Source of the DNA: the human T2T-CHM13v2.0 reference genome, Homo sapiens
Direction: 5' to 3' (one strand)
DNA length: 64,000 nucleotides
Assembly (NCBI RefSeq): GCF_009914755.1
Contig: NC_060936.1
Shown: in pieces, positions 14,751 through 29,409 of the stretch
How positions within the stretch are numbered: the first letter of the stretch is position 1
Layout: each line of letters begins with the position of its first letter
Position numbers and translations under genes: made by a program
The notes under the pieces: generated by a model
Told to the model about the DNA's origin: nothing
The model's input: only the letters and a program-made list of their open reading frames with translations
The model's database searches: none

Positions 14751-17700
14751 GCATCCATAGTAATTTACTTTCATTTGTACAATTTTCTATGAGAAAAAAT
14801 GAGCAACAACTATCAGTTTGTCTTCAATCCTGATAAAATCTAGCACTTACAGAAATTGCTAAGAAGTAAACATTTATTACACAAACCCATGCCAGAGAGG
14901 GGTATGTTGAGTTCTAGTCTAAACATCTTTAATAATGATAATTCCATAATTCTCAGCTGTTTCTTTTAGATTGACCTTTTCTCACCTGATAAAATTTTCC
15001 AATTCTAAGCTCTTTATTCTGATTGAAATCTGACATAACTTGTCTCAGTCATCATTTTTCCATTCTGAGCTTGCTTATATTTTCTAAACTTTTAACTTGG
15101 TTCTCCAGCCTGGCGACCTTAATTTGTCCATTTTAGAACAGCCAAAATATCCTTGATTTTGCTGGATTAATTCAGTTATCTCAAATTATCTCTGACTTCC
15201 TTTTTCACACCTGATTTTCCTTAGTTTTGTTGATTAAAGATTAATATGAGTTTGTATGCCCTGACAGTGGATGATACAAAAGAAAACTGGTCTAGGAATT
15301 AGGAAACCTACTTTCTGTTTCATCTCTCTTCTTATTGCCAAGCTGTTTCCTCACTATGATGGGAAAAATTATGTTGTAATCTTATGTCTTATAAAAGAGG
15401 GCTCAAATTGGTATAGACTGTATATTTTGTGGGGAATTAATTATGTGACTATTCAACATTTGACAAATAATTTTGGACGTAAGTGTGCAATGTCTAAAGC
15501 CCGAATAATTCTAATTTTAATGTCAACGCACTTGATGAGTTGAAGTATGGTGCTTGCTGGTAATGGGGAAAAAAAAAGGCTACAACCAAAAGTATTGTGT
15601 TATATAAAATTACATGTGATTTGTTGTGCCTTCACTTTGAATATTAGCTTTCCTGACAGCCAATGTAAGATATTAGTTAACATGGAAAATAACTTCTTAC
15701 ATTTACATATTGCAGTTTTTCAGGGCACTTCTGTACACATGTGGTATCTATATAAATTATATTTCAGAATAAAGAAATGGTCACTGTCTATAATTCTTAC
15801 ACTGCCACACCATTTGAAACAGGCCACAGAGATTTATTACTCCATGAGTTTTGTGAATATTGAGACTCAAATGCTATGTTTGTACAAGGAAATCACAAAT
15901 CGTAACTAGAATACATTCACTTACATATTACACCTAGAGTTCGTTTTCTCATTGTTCTTTTAAGTTTTTTTCTCTGAGTATGGGTAGGTAAAGTATAGCA
16001 AATTTGTTGCAGAAAATTAACTGTGACCACATTAAAGACTTGAAACCACACTCCAAAATAGAAAAGGCATTAGGAAAATATTTTGCTTAGAAGGAATGAT
16101 TGTTCTTGTCTTTTCAATTTTTTCTTTTAAATGTGCAACATGAAACTACTCCTTACCTTGAAAGCTGTATGGCTGATTGTTGCTGCTTCCCAACATCTTC
16201 ACCCGTTTTACCGGAATTTCGCCTCTGCTATTTTACCTTCTAAGCTGTGAACCCTTGTCATCCTATTTGAACCACCCCCTGCCCTCCCACCTCCCTGTTA
16301 TTAGCAGTACATCAAAGATTGGTCATTGGTCTTGTCTCCCTGCTAATTCATATCTTGATGTTCTTGAACAGTATTTGAACAGTGCCCCTTTAGAGGAATA
16401 TCTAATGTCAGTCATTTCCTATTCTGAGTTAAGTTAATTGATCTGATAAATTACAATGAGCAAGTGAATATAGTGGGTTTAAAACGTATCCGTCTATTCT
16501 GGATTTGCTTTTGCTCTGGAGAAGGCAAAAAGGCCAGGAATTAGTGAGTGACTTAGTCTTCTCTCGTCATTGGCAGCTGACAGACCTACTGATGAGGTGA
16601 TAATGAACTCCAAAGTCTACCCTAGGAGCAACTGGGAGGGAAAAGAACCCAGACAGAAGGCATGTCTCACTTTGGAGCCTGCCAAGATTTTTGCTTTTTC
16701 ATAGAATTCATTTCGAGGAGGTTAACAGGTAGACTTTGCTGGATGCATGTCAGAAGTGTAACTTATCATTCATGGACACCAAAGACAAATATATATTTTA
16801 TTTCTCTCAACGTAACAAGCCAGAGGCCTCAGTCTCAGAGACGGTCACTGGGGTAATCCAGTCAGAGAGGGAGCATCCGAAACAAGGCTTGAATATAAAG
16901 TTCATTTTTTAAAATAACTCTTCCTTCTTTCCATTAAAATTATTATCCAATACATATGGTATGACAGATTAGACCTTCCAGAATTATTTGCTACTCCTGT
17001 TTATTTGATTCCTAGAATGTTGCTTAGCGGTCTCAAACTTAATTGGAGATAATGAGTATACCTAAGGTAAATCTTCCAATTTTGTTTCCAGTTATGAATG
17101 TTGGTGAATCTTTCCTTTTCCAAATTCAGTTTAGGCCTCCACTGCCTGTTTTTCTTCAGGTATCATGAAAGTGAATGAAGTATTTTCAAGTCCATTCATC
17201 CCCACCTCACATGGGCAGTCGCCCCTCATACACATATATTTTGTAGCCCACACAGGAGGCAACTTAATGTACAAAATGTTTTAAGTTAATTACTGGAAGT
17301 GTGTTAAACATAGAATATTAGTGAGTTTTTAAAGTCTCTGAACTTTAAAAATAATCAACTGTTTGTAGAAAAAAAATGAATTATTGTTGATGACTCAGCG
17401 TTCCTTATGTAAAGACTTGGCTTTAGTCTTCAAGAAGCTCTTCAGCTTCCCTTTTTCGGTTTTAGGCAGAACATGGACTTTGAGAAGTTTTAAAAATTCT
17501 ATTATTCCCACCCATGTTTCCCTCTGTCTTTAAGCTGTAATAAAACGTATCAATGTTCTGGGAGTCTGTATTGCTGAATTGTCAGGGCCTTTCTTGCTTA
17601 GTTTCGCTTGATGATAAATTTCAAGGAACCCATAGTGCACTATTTTTAACCAGTTTCGAGGTTGAAAAAATGCTAAGAGTTTGTGTCCAGAGGTTTGGAT

Positions 17701-19839
17701 AACATTGTTAATTGTGCCAAGTATCCATTGAGTTTGGCTTTATTCTTTATCCTGTTTAACTGGCATTTTCTCTGCTGTAAGAAAACAGTCCTTAGGAGCC
17801 ACGACAACTGATTTTATTGGTAAACATATGAATGAGGCATGTTTCATAAAACTTTATAAATTTAATATTAGAAGGACAGAAGTTTGACCAGACAGTTCAA
17901 TAAAGACAATTTTATATATATTTTAACTTTCTTTGATTCCATTCACTTTTCAAATTAGATATTTCAGATTGTAATTCTTAGAATTGACCATGCCATTTAT
18001 TCCTCTTTCTTGAAAGACAAATAGAATAAACAAAAATTTGTAGACATCTAAAGAGTAATCTAAGGACTATAGTTTTGACTCATTTCTTTCATGAGTATAG
18101 TTTCTCTTTTCTCTTTTATAATATAAGATATGCACCCGTTTGTCTATTCATTCCTTTTTGCTTCTCCAAACCTGTTTGCATCTTTGGTTGTGACTCATTT
18201 CTTTATTTGATCAATTGTTACCATTGTATACAGTCTCTTTAGTTGGATATTTGCTGAAGTCAGATAAACCTTACTGGTTTCAGGGATATGATTGTGGTAT
18301 GAAACTGCCAATCTTCTACTTTGATGTTCATGATTCAAAAGCTTCTTGTTCCTTTGGAGAAAATGAGCCTAAGTTAGTCGTCATCCTGGAAATAAGTTTT
18401 GATTTCTTTTTATGAAAGAATGCCAGGAACTTTCACCAGTTTATCTTTGAATCTTTATTTTCCAAAAGTAAGGTAGAAAAATCCTCACCGTTTTACTGAT
18501 TTGCAGACTGGTAAAGTGAACAAGGTGTTAGAATCAAGACATTTTACTCAAAGACCACTAATTTAAAAAGGTAAGTCAGAATCTGGCCCAAGACCTTGAC
18601 CTCTCAAATTAGATTTAATTATGAACTGCATTAAGTCCCATTATTTCTCCTATTTTGCTTATCAAGTGATAACTTCTAGTCAGACTGGGATAATCATGAA
18701 TCTACAGTGCCGAAGGCATTCATGACAAAGCTCACCCTTTGAAGCAGAAAAGCAATTCATCTGTGTCAAAAAAGGATGCAAACTAAGTTTTGATCCTGCC
18801 TGATAGTACCATTTTCCAGCTATACCTTGTCCAGCATTCTTTATCAAAGCCAGAAAGACTATATGCAAGAAGAATTTAGAACAGACTAGGTACTATAATT
18901 CTTTGTGTTTGAAAGGTGATATTTTAGACGTAGAGACAAAAAGTCTCCCTTGAGTTTTTGAAAGAAATTGCTTGTAAGGGCAAATGTTTTAGGTTGAAAA
19001 GTTGATATTTTTTAGTTTCCCTGTTTATGAATAGTTCACAGGGTAATGTTGTCAGTCATTTTAAACTTATTATTTCTCCCTCTTGGAAAGGTTATAGATT
19101 GCCAACAGAAAGTAGAACTCCCTGTTTCTGCGTGTTTTTCTCTGAAATAGTGTGTGACGTAGTCACATTACTCCAGGCTCAATTATAGACAGTTTGTGGG
19201 TTTTTTTTTTAATAATGCCAAAAATCTGTGGATAATGTATAATAAGCTGATGTACATCCTACTAGAACTGAGGTATTTCAGTTTGTGACAAATTATGTCT
19301 TAACATGTTACCTCGTTAATAGTCATTGGTTCATAAATGCTGGGGATTTTAAATTTAACTCTTTTTATACCTAATATTAAAAATTAACCCAATTTAACAT
19401 TATTTCATCTACCACATTACTGGCCTTGTTTTGATTCTAAATCTCATGTCCTAATTTACAAATTACCAAATTAATTCAAATGTATAACCTCTTTATGATT
19501 TGAGGCCCACTCTGGAAAAGAAAAATACTAGACATTTCTATTAAAGTCATGAGTGATTTTTATGTGTCTTGTGGATCCATCCCCCAGAGTCTTGTCTTAT
19601 ATCTTTATGTTCTAACAATGAAGTTTTTTTAACGTACTTTTAGCAAAATATACATATATTTACACAAGTATTTTAGAGTTACCTACAGTAGGATTTAGAG
19701 GTCTTTTATTCCCATGATTATATAACATTAAACAATATGTAGCCCCCAAATAAATTTTTCTGTGGGAACTTCTTCACGTTGTCTGCACATGACAGTTGAT
19801 CTTGGGTTGTTTCAGTACTTTCCTTGGTTTTCCTCCTGT

Positions 19840-21050
<1,211 letters not shown>

Positions 21051-21295
21051 TTGCTTTGAACCTCTCCTATTGCTTTGTCTTTTTTTTCTTACCATGGATT
21101 AAAATATCTGTGTACATGTTTTCTGTTGAATTAGGAGCATCTAATTCAGTGTTAGACACGGTTCTACGTGTTAGCAGTATCATCTGGAATAAGACAGCCT
21201 CTGTTCTTGGGGAGGGAGGGTCCTTGTCTTTTTCATTCTTGGAACTTTTTAGAGGTGATTTGACAAATAAATAAATGTCTATTTAAAAGTTACTA

Positions 21296-21628
<333 letters not shown>

Positions 21629-22604
21629 TTAGAAAAGGTTTTTTTTTTCTAAATTTTTCAATATAGATTCATCTAATAATCTCAAAATAATTTTATAATA
21701 GCCTAAATAAAATCAACTACACACGTATTAATAATGACCTTCTATCCCTATTTGGGATGCAAAGTGAGGCAATAACTACAACAATAATAATATATTGTTT
21801 TACGTTTTCCATGTATATATTCTGAAAGCCTCACGAGCAGCCTGTGAGAAAGCTGCTTTCATTATACTCGTTTTATAGTTGAGGAAAGTGAGTAATTTTC
21901 CCAATTATACTAATAAATGAGAAGGAACAGATCCGTAACTTTGGTTTCCTTTTGCTATCTAATGTTGCTCTTCTAGATCTTACCTAGCTGGGGAAGGGGA
22001 AAATGTGAATAAGATACCAAAATAAGTGGATGTTAAAGTAATTCAGGCAAGAAATTATGAATTAGGGTTATGTCAGAGGTGGACCATGAAGAAATATTGA
22101 GGAGGTAGAATGAACAGAAGATTTAATGACAAAGGGATATGTGGAATTTGAAGGAAAGGGAGGAGTTAAAGATGATTTAAGCTAAAAGCTCCCAGGACTT
22201 TTGACCCCACTTTTCTAGTGTGCTTGGTTTCTCCTTTAAAAAGATTCTGGAGAATAGTTTAACAGTTCCCAATGGAAGTAAATTATAAAAGCTGAGATGG
22301 CAATATTTAAACCCTAGAGCCAGCAGCAGTGGATTCAACCCTGAAGTTTCAAGCAGTATCCTTTGTTTTATGGCTAAGAACCAGTATCATCTGTTATTTA
22401 ACTAGGAAGTACAAGTTCACCTTTACAGGACCAACATTTTATTTTCTTCTGTGAAATGCATAAACAACATAATACACGACAATGGGAAAAGTCAGATAGC
22501 ACAGAAAGGCCTATAAGGAAAAGCAACAACACATCTACCTTTTCTGTCCCCCTTTCCACATCCTCGAGTGAGTGATCCTTTCAGCTTTCTTCACTCAAAA
22601 CTTT

Positions 22605-22636
22605 GCACTTGCTCTTAGCTAAGGCTGAGAAGCAAT
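22605..22636 (-). pseudogene. 3'-truncated (tailless) U2 snRNA retrocopy
   Basis: Reverse complement attgcttctcagccttagctaagagcaagtgc aligns to U2 5' end ATCGCTTCTCGGCCTTTTGGCTAAGATCAAGTGT; TSD tcactca(a/g)aacttt at 22591-22604 and 22639-22652. Confidence 0.85.
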
Positions 22637-22959
22637 CATCACTCAGAACTTTAGACTCATAATGTTATTTTTTATTGACTCCTTGCAACAGTCAGTATTT
22701 AGCTTACTTAAATTGCTGCCTGTTTTCCCTCACTCCTTCTCCCAGTTTTTGTATTATTATTATTATTATTATTTTATGAATCCTCTTCGTTACCTTTGTA
22801 ACTTTAAATCATACACTTAAAACTCTTAATTTCTCTTTATCATCTTCCCACAGGCTCTCTGCCTAGTGACATGTAAAATAAGGTTATCAGTACCTCTACT
22901 CTTCCTTCCACTTTTCTTCCCCTCCCTTCTTCTCTCTTCCCCTTCCCTAACTTCTGACA

Positions 22960-24780
22960 GTTGAATTTTTATTTTTATTCATTTACACAGGACATGCAGC
23001 CATATCTTAAAGTTGAAGACTCATCTTGTCCTTCTATTTTGGAAAATTATGAACAATTCTCCCAAATACTGTTTTCTCTAATATTTTGTTCTGCAACTCC
23101 TAGTAGACTTAGAGTCTCTTTGTCTTTTTTACATGTCTCTTAATTTATCTTCTCTTTTTTATCTCTTTATGTCTTTTATCCTTTATGTTCCATGTTTTGA
23201 CTAAATTGCTAGTACTGTCTTTCAATTCACTGATTCTGTCTTCAGCTACATTCAATGTACTGTCCCCTGCTTATTTAGTTTTTGTCTGTAACTTTACTAA
23301 CATATTTGTTAAATTTTTTATTGGAGTGTATACTATACCTCTGAAAGAATATGTGTACTGTCAGTTTAGTTCACTATATTTTTGCAGTCTGAAAAATTTA
23401 TGTAACCTGACACCCAAATCAAGAAACAGAATATTCCCAATACTCCAGAAGCCCTCTTTGTGCTTCCCTCCAGTGAGTAACACCTCCCTTGAGTAATCAC
23501 TATTCTGACTTCTGAATGCATATTTTAATTTTACCTGTTTTGTGTTATATATAAATGGAGTTATCAAATAAGTACTCTTTTGTGTCTGGGTTCTTTCACT
23601 CTGTGTTGTGAGTTTTACTCATGTTTTTACATGTAGCCAATAGTTCTTTCAATCTTATCCCATAAGGTATCATATTGGGTAACTATACAATATTTATTTG
23701 TCTAGCAGTTATCCATCTACTTACTTATTCACTGTTGATGGAGACAGAGCCCATTTAGTTTGGGGCTCTTACAGATAGTGGTACCATGAGCATTTCCAGT
23801 GAAGTAGTGGTTCTTGACCCAGGGAGATAGTGGGGCTGTCACAGAGACCCACTCACAGAGCCGGTAGATACCTTGGTTCTGTTTCTGTTCTTGAATCCAT
23901 CTGCTTGATTCGTTATGCCCTGATCCTAACAAATAATTAGTCATTGGGACAGGAGGTGAGTACACGATTGTAGTTCCTGGTGTTAACCGATGAGCCTGTA
24001 TCTTCTATAAAGTGTTGTTAGTCCCCCTCATCCAGGAGGAGTGAGAGTTCTAGCTCCCCGAGGCTGCTTTCGGATCCATATTCCTGGCAGGCCATGGTGT
24101 ATTTTGCAGCTCTGTTCCATTTATGCACCACACATACGTTTAAGTTGTATTTGAGCCCAGCTGTAGCTTTCTAGATCTCTCCTTATAGTCATTGCTATGT
24201 ATTTTATATCTCAGAGCATGACTTTACCAAACCATCTTAACCAGAAGTATTTCTTTGAATCTGAAGACTCCTGGATTTCGGGATATATTTATGACTTCTT
24301 TTTTTCTTCCTTTGTTTAAGCTCAGAAAACTTCTTGTATTACTTCTTTGGTCATTTCCTTTCCTTCATTTTCACTATTCTCACCTTCTAAAACTTCTAGT
24401 TGTTGGATTTAGATTTCTCTTAAATTTTTTACTCTGTATTTTTTATCTCCTTTTCTTCATTTAGTTCTTGGTTGGGGGAACAAAATATCCTTGACTTTAT
24501 CTTACAGTACTTTTGAATTTTTTTATTTTGCTAAAGAGCATTTTAACTTTCTTACAATTGGAATGTTCTTTTTCATAGCCTGCTGTATCTGTTTTGTAGC
24601 TTTAGCGTCTTCTTGGATTTCTCTTAAGAAATTGATTAGACCTTTTAAAAAAATGTTCTTCTACTTCCTGAATTATTTGTGTTTCCTACAGCCTTAGTTG
24701 TTAAACTCATGTATCTTCTCTTTTATTTCAGAGGTTTTTCACGTATTAGTCAATTCTTCATTGTCCCTTCATGTTTAAGG
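22960..24780 (-). mobile_element. Mosaic of ancient L1M/HAL1-like fragments
   Basis: T-rich decayed LINE motifs such as ttcaattcactgattctgtcttcagct and cccaaatcaagaaacagaatattccc; 23800-24240 unassigned. Confidence 0.5.
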
Positions 24781-25326
24781 AGAACTAGATTGACTGTGGC
24801 ACATGGCCAAACTGAAATTCCTTTGGTGGTGTTTGCAGGTTTGCTTCCCTGCTAGGCCTCTGCTCTGGGTGATACAGCTGACTAGCAGCTTTGTATAACC
24901 GGCAGAACCTGTCCACTGGTAGCCGTCTCTTTAGGATGGATGGTGTGGATCCACTGTCAGGTTGGAGGCACCCCCCAAATTTAAGAAGAAAAAGGATTTA
25001 TTCTGGGCACCAACTGTGATATAAGCAGTCCTGGATCATTTCAGTAGTTTATTTAGTATCATAGAAAAGATCATTTCAGGTTTCTCTGCTTACTTGTTAC
25101 AGGTGGGGAAAATAATAAACTGCATGTCCTATGTAAGAGCATAGGGAGGTGAGGAGGGGAAACCATTGCAGCTATTCAAAATAGACTTGTTTTAAAGCTT
25201 TTATTTTAAGTACAGGGGTACATGTGCAGGTTTGTTATGTAGGTAAACTTAGGTCATGGAGGTTTGTTGTACAGATTATTTCCTCGCCCGGGTATTAAGC
25301 CTGGTACCCTTTAGTTATTTTATAAT

Positions 25327-25393
25327 TCGTCCTGATCCTCGTCCTGATCCTCGTCCTGATCCTCGTCCTGATCCTCGTCCTGATCCTCGTCCT
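25327..25393. repeat. 12-bp tandem array (tcgtcctgatcc) x5.6 inside L1 3'UTR
   Basis: Five perfect copies plus tcgtcct. Confidence 0.97.
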
Positions 25394-25602
25394 CCTCTCA
25401 CCCTCCCTCCTCCATTAGGCGCCAGTGGCTGTTGTTCCCCTCTATGTGTCCACGTGTTCTCATCATTTAGCTACCACTTACAAGTGCGAACATGTGGTAT
25501 TTGGTTTTCTGTTCCTGTGTTGTTTGTTAAGGGTAGTGGTCTCCAGCTCCATCCATGTGCCTGCAAAGGACATGATCTCATTCTTTATTTATGGCCGCAT
25601 AG

Positions 25603-25923
<321 letters not shown>

Positions 25924-28176
25924 CCACATTTTCTTTAGTCTATCATTGATGAGCATTTAGGTTGATTCTGTATCTTTGCTATTGTTAATAGCACTGCAGT
26001 GAACATACACGTGCATGTGTCTTTATAATAGAACAATTTATATTCCTTTTATTATGTACACAATAATGGAATTGCTGGGTCAAATGGTATTTCTGTCTTT
26101 AGTTCTTTGAGGAATCATCATGCTGTCTTCCACAATGGTTGAACTAATTTACACTCCCGCCAACAATGTATAAGTGTTCAGGTTCCTTTTCCCACAACCT
26201 CGCCAGCATCTGTTATTTTTTTACTTTTTAATAATAGCCATTCTGACTGGTATGAGATAATATTGTGGTTTCAATTTTTTCTCTAATGATCCCTGATGTT
26301 GAGCTTTTTTCATGTGCTTCTTGGCCACGTGTTATGTCTTCTTTTGAAAAGCGTCTGTTTATGTATTTTGCCCACTTTTTAATGGGGTTGTTTTTTTCTT
26401 GTTTAAGCTCTTTATGGATCCTGGATATTAGACCTTTGTCACATGCATACCTTGCAAAAATTTCCTCCCATTCTGTAGGTTGTATACTGTTGAAAGTTTC
26501 TTTTGCTGTACAGAAACTCTCTAGTTTACATAGATCCTGTTCATCAATTTTTGCTTTTGTTGCAGTTGCTTTTGGCATCCTCATTATAAAATCTTTGCCC
26601 ATTCCTGTGTCCTGATTGGTATTGACTAGGTTGTCTTCCAGGTTTTTTATAGTTTTGGGTTTTACATTTAAGTGTTTAATCCATCTTGAATTAATTTTTG
26701 TATAGGGTGTAAGGAAGGGATCCAGTTTCAATCTTCTGCATATGGCTAGCCAGTTACCACAGCATCATTTAGTGAATAGGGAGTCCTTTCCTTCATTGCT
26801 TGCTTTTGTCAGGTTTGTTGAAGATCAGATAGTTCTAGATGTGCAACCTTATTTTGGGGCTCTCTCTTCTGTTCCATTGGTCTATGTGTCTTTGTACCAG
26901 TTACCAGGCTGTTTTGGTTACTGTAGCCCTGTAGTATAGTTTGAAGTCAGGTAGCGTGATGCCTCCAGGTTTATTCTTTTTGGGTAGGATTGCCTTGGCT
27001 GTTGGGGATCTTTTTTGGTTTTCATATGAATTTTAAGATAGTTTTCTAGTTCTGTGAAGAATGTCATTGGTAGTTTGATAGGAACAGCATTAAATCTATA
27101 AATTGCTTTGTTCAGTGTGGCCATTAAACGATATTGATTCTTCCTATCCATGAGCATGGAATGTTTTTCCATTTGTTTGTGTCATTTCTGATTTCTTTGA
27201 GCAGTGTTTTGTAGTTCTTCTTGTAGAGATCTTTCACCTGCTTGGTTAGCTGTATTCGTAGGTATTTTATACTTTTTCAGGCACGTGTAAATGGAATTAC
27301 ATTCCTGATTTGGCTCTTGGCTTGACTGTTGGTGTAGAGGAATGCTAGTGATATCTGTATATTGATTTCGTATCCTGAAAGTTTGCTGAAGTTTTTTTAT
27401 CACCTTACGAAGATTTTGGACCAAGACGATGGGGTTTTCTAGATACAGGATTGTGTCATCTGCAAACAGGGATAGTTTAATTTCCTCTCTTCCCATTTGG
27501 ATACCCTTTATTTCTTTCTTTTGCCTGATTGCCCTGTCCAGGACCTTCAATACTATGTTGAATAGGAGTGGTGAGAGAGGGCATCCTTGTCTTACACCAG
27601 TTTTTCAAGGGGAATGCCTCCAGCTTTTGTTTATTCAGTATGATATTGGCTGTGGATTTGTCATAGGTGGCTCTTATTATTTTGAGGTATGTTCCTTCAA
27701 TACGTAGTTTATTGAGAGTTTTTAACATGAAGCAATGTTGAATTTTATCGAAAGCCCTTTCTGCATCTGTTGTGATAATCCTGTAGTTTTTGTCTTTAGT
27801 TCTGTTTATGTGCTGAATCACATTGATTTTTGCATGTTGAACCAACCTTGCATCGTAGAGACAAAGCCTACTTGATCTTGGTGGATAAGCCTTTTCATGT
27901 GCTTCTGGATTCAGTTTGTCAGGATTTTGTTGAGGATTTTGCATTGACGTTCCTCAAGGATATTGGTCTGAAGTTTTCTTTTTTTGTTTTATCTCTGCCA
28001 GGTTTTGATATCAGGATGATGCCGACCTCGTAGAATTAGTTGGGGAGGAGTCCCTCCTCCTCAATTTATTTGAAATAGTTTCAGGGGTAATGGTACCAGC
28101 CCTTCTTTGTACATCTGGTAGAATTTAGCTGTGACTCTATCTGGTACTGGGCTTATTTATTTACTGTTTATTTATT

Positions 28177-28207
28177 TGGTTGGTTGGTTGGTTGGTTGGT
28201 TGGTTGG
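28177..28207. repeat. (TGGT)n microsatellite within L1
   Basis: Seen directly. Confidence 0.9.
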
Positions 28208-29096
28208 CTATTTGTGGCTTCCTCAATTTCAGAGTTCATTATGGGCCTGTTCAGGGATTCAGTTTCTTCCTGGTTCAGTCTTGGGAGGGTGTATGTGTCC
28301 AGGAATTTATCCCTTTCTTCTAGATTTCCTAGTTTACATGCATAAAGTTGTTCATATATTCTCTAGTGGTTGTTTGTATTTCTGTGGGTTCGGTAATAAT
28401 ATCCTTTTTGTTATTTCTAATCGTGTTTGTTTGGATTTTCTCTCTTACTAGCCTATTTAGCAGTTTAGTTTATTAATTTTTTTTTAAAAAATAAACTCCT
28501 GGACTCATTGATCCTTTATATGGGTTTTCATGTCTCAGTGTCCCTCAGTTCACCTCTAATTTTTATTTCTTGTCTTCTGCTGGCTTTGAGGTTGGTTTGC
28601 TCTCGGTTCTCTAGTTCTTTTAGTTGTGATGTAAAGTTGTTATATTGAGATCTTTCTAACTCTTTGATGTGGACATTTAATGATATGAACGTCCCTGTTA
28701 ACATTGTCTTAGCTGTGTCCCAGAGATTCTGGTATGTTGTATCTTTGTTCTCATTAGTTTCAAAGAACTTCTTGATTTCTGCCTTAGTTTCATTATTTAT
28801 GCAAAAGTCATTCAGGAGTAGGTTGATCAATTTCCATATAATGGTATGGTTTCGAGCAAAATTCTTAGTCTTGATTTCTAATTTGATCATGCTGCGGTCT
28901 GAGAGAGTGTTTATTATTTCAGTTCTTTTGCATTTACTGAGGAGTATTTTCTGTCCAATTATGTGGTCAGTTTTAGAGTATGTGCCATGCGAAGGTGAGA
29001 ATGTATGTTCTGTTGCTTTTGGGTGGAGAATTCTGTAGATTCCTGTCAAGTCCCTTTGATCCTATGCTGAGTTCAGGTCCTGAATATCTTTATTAA

Positions 29097-29409
<313 letters not shown>

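Noticed and set aside
15271-15909. Adjacent 90-aa and 120-aa ORFs in unique sequence
   Set aside because: Composition typical of translated AT-rich non-coding DNA; no domain or convincing splice boundaries
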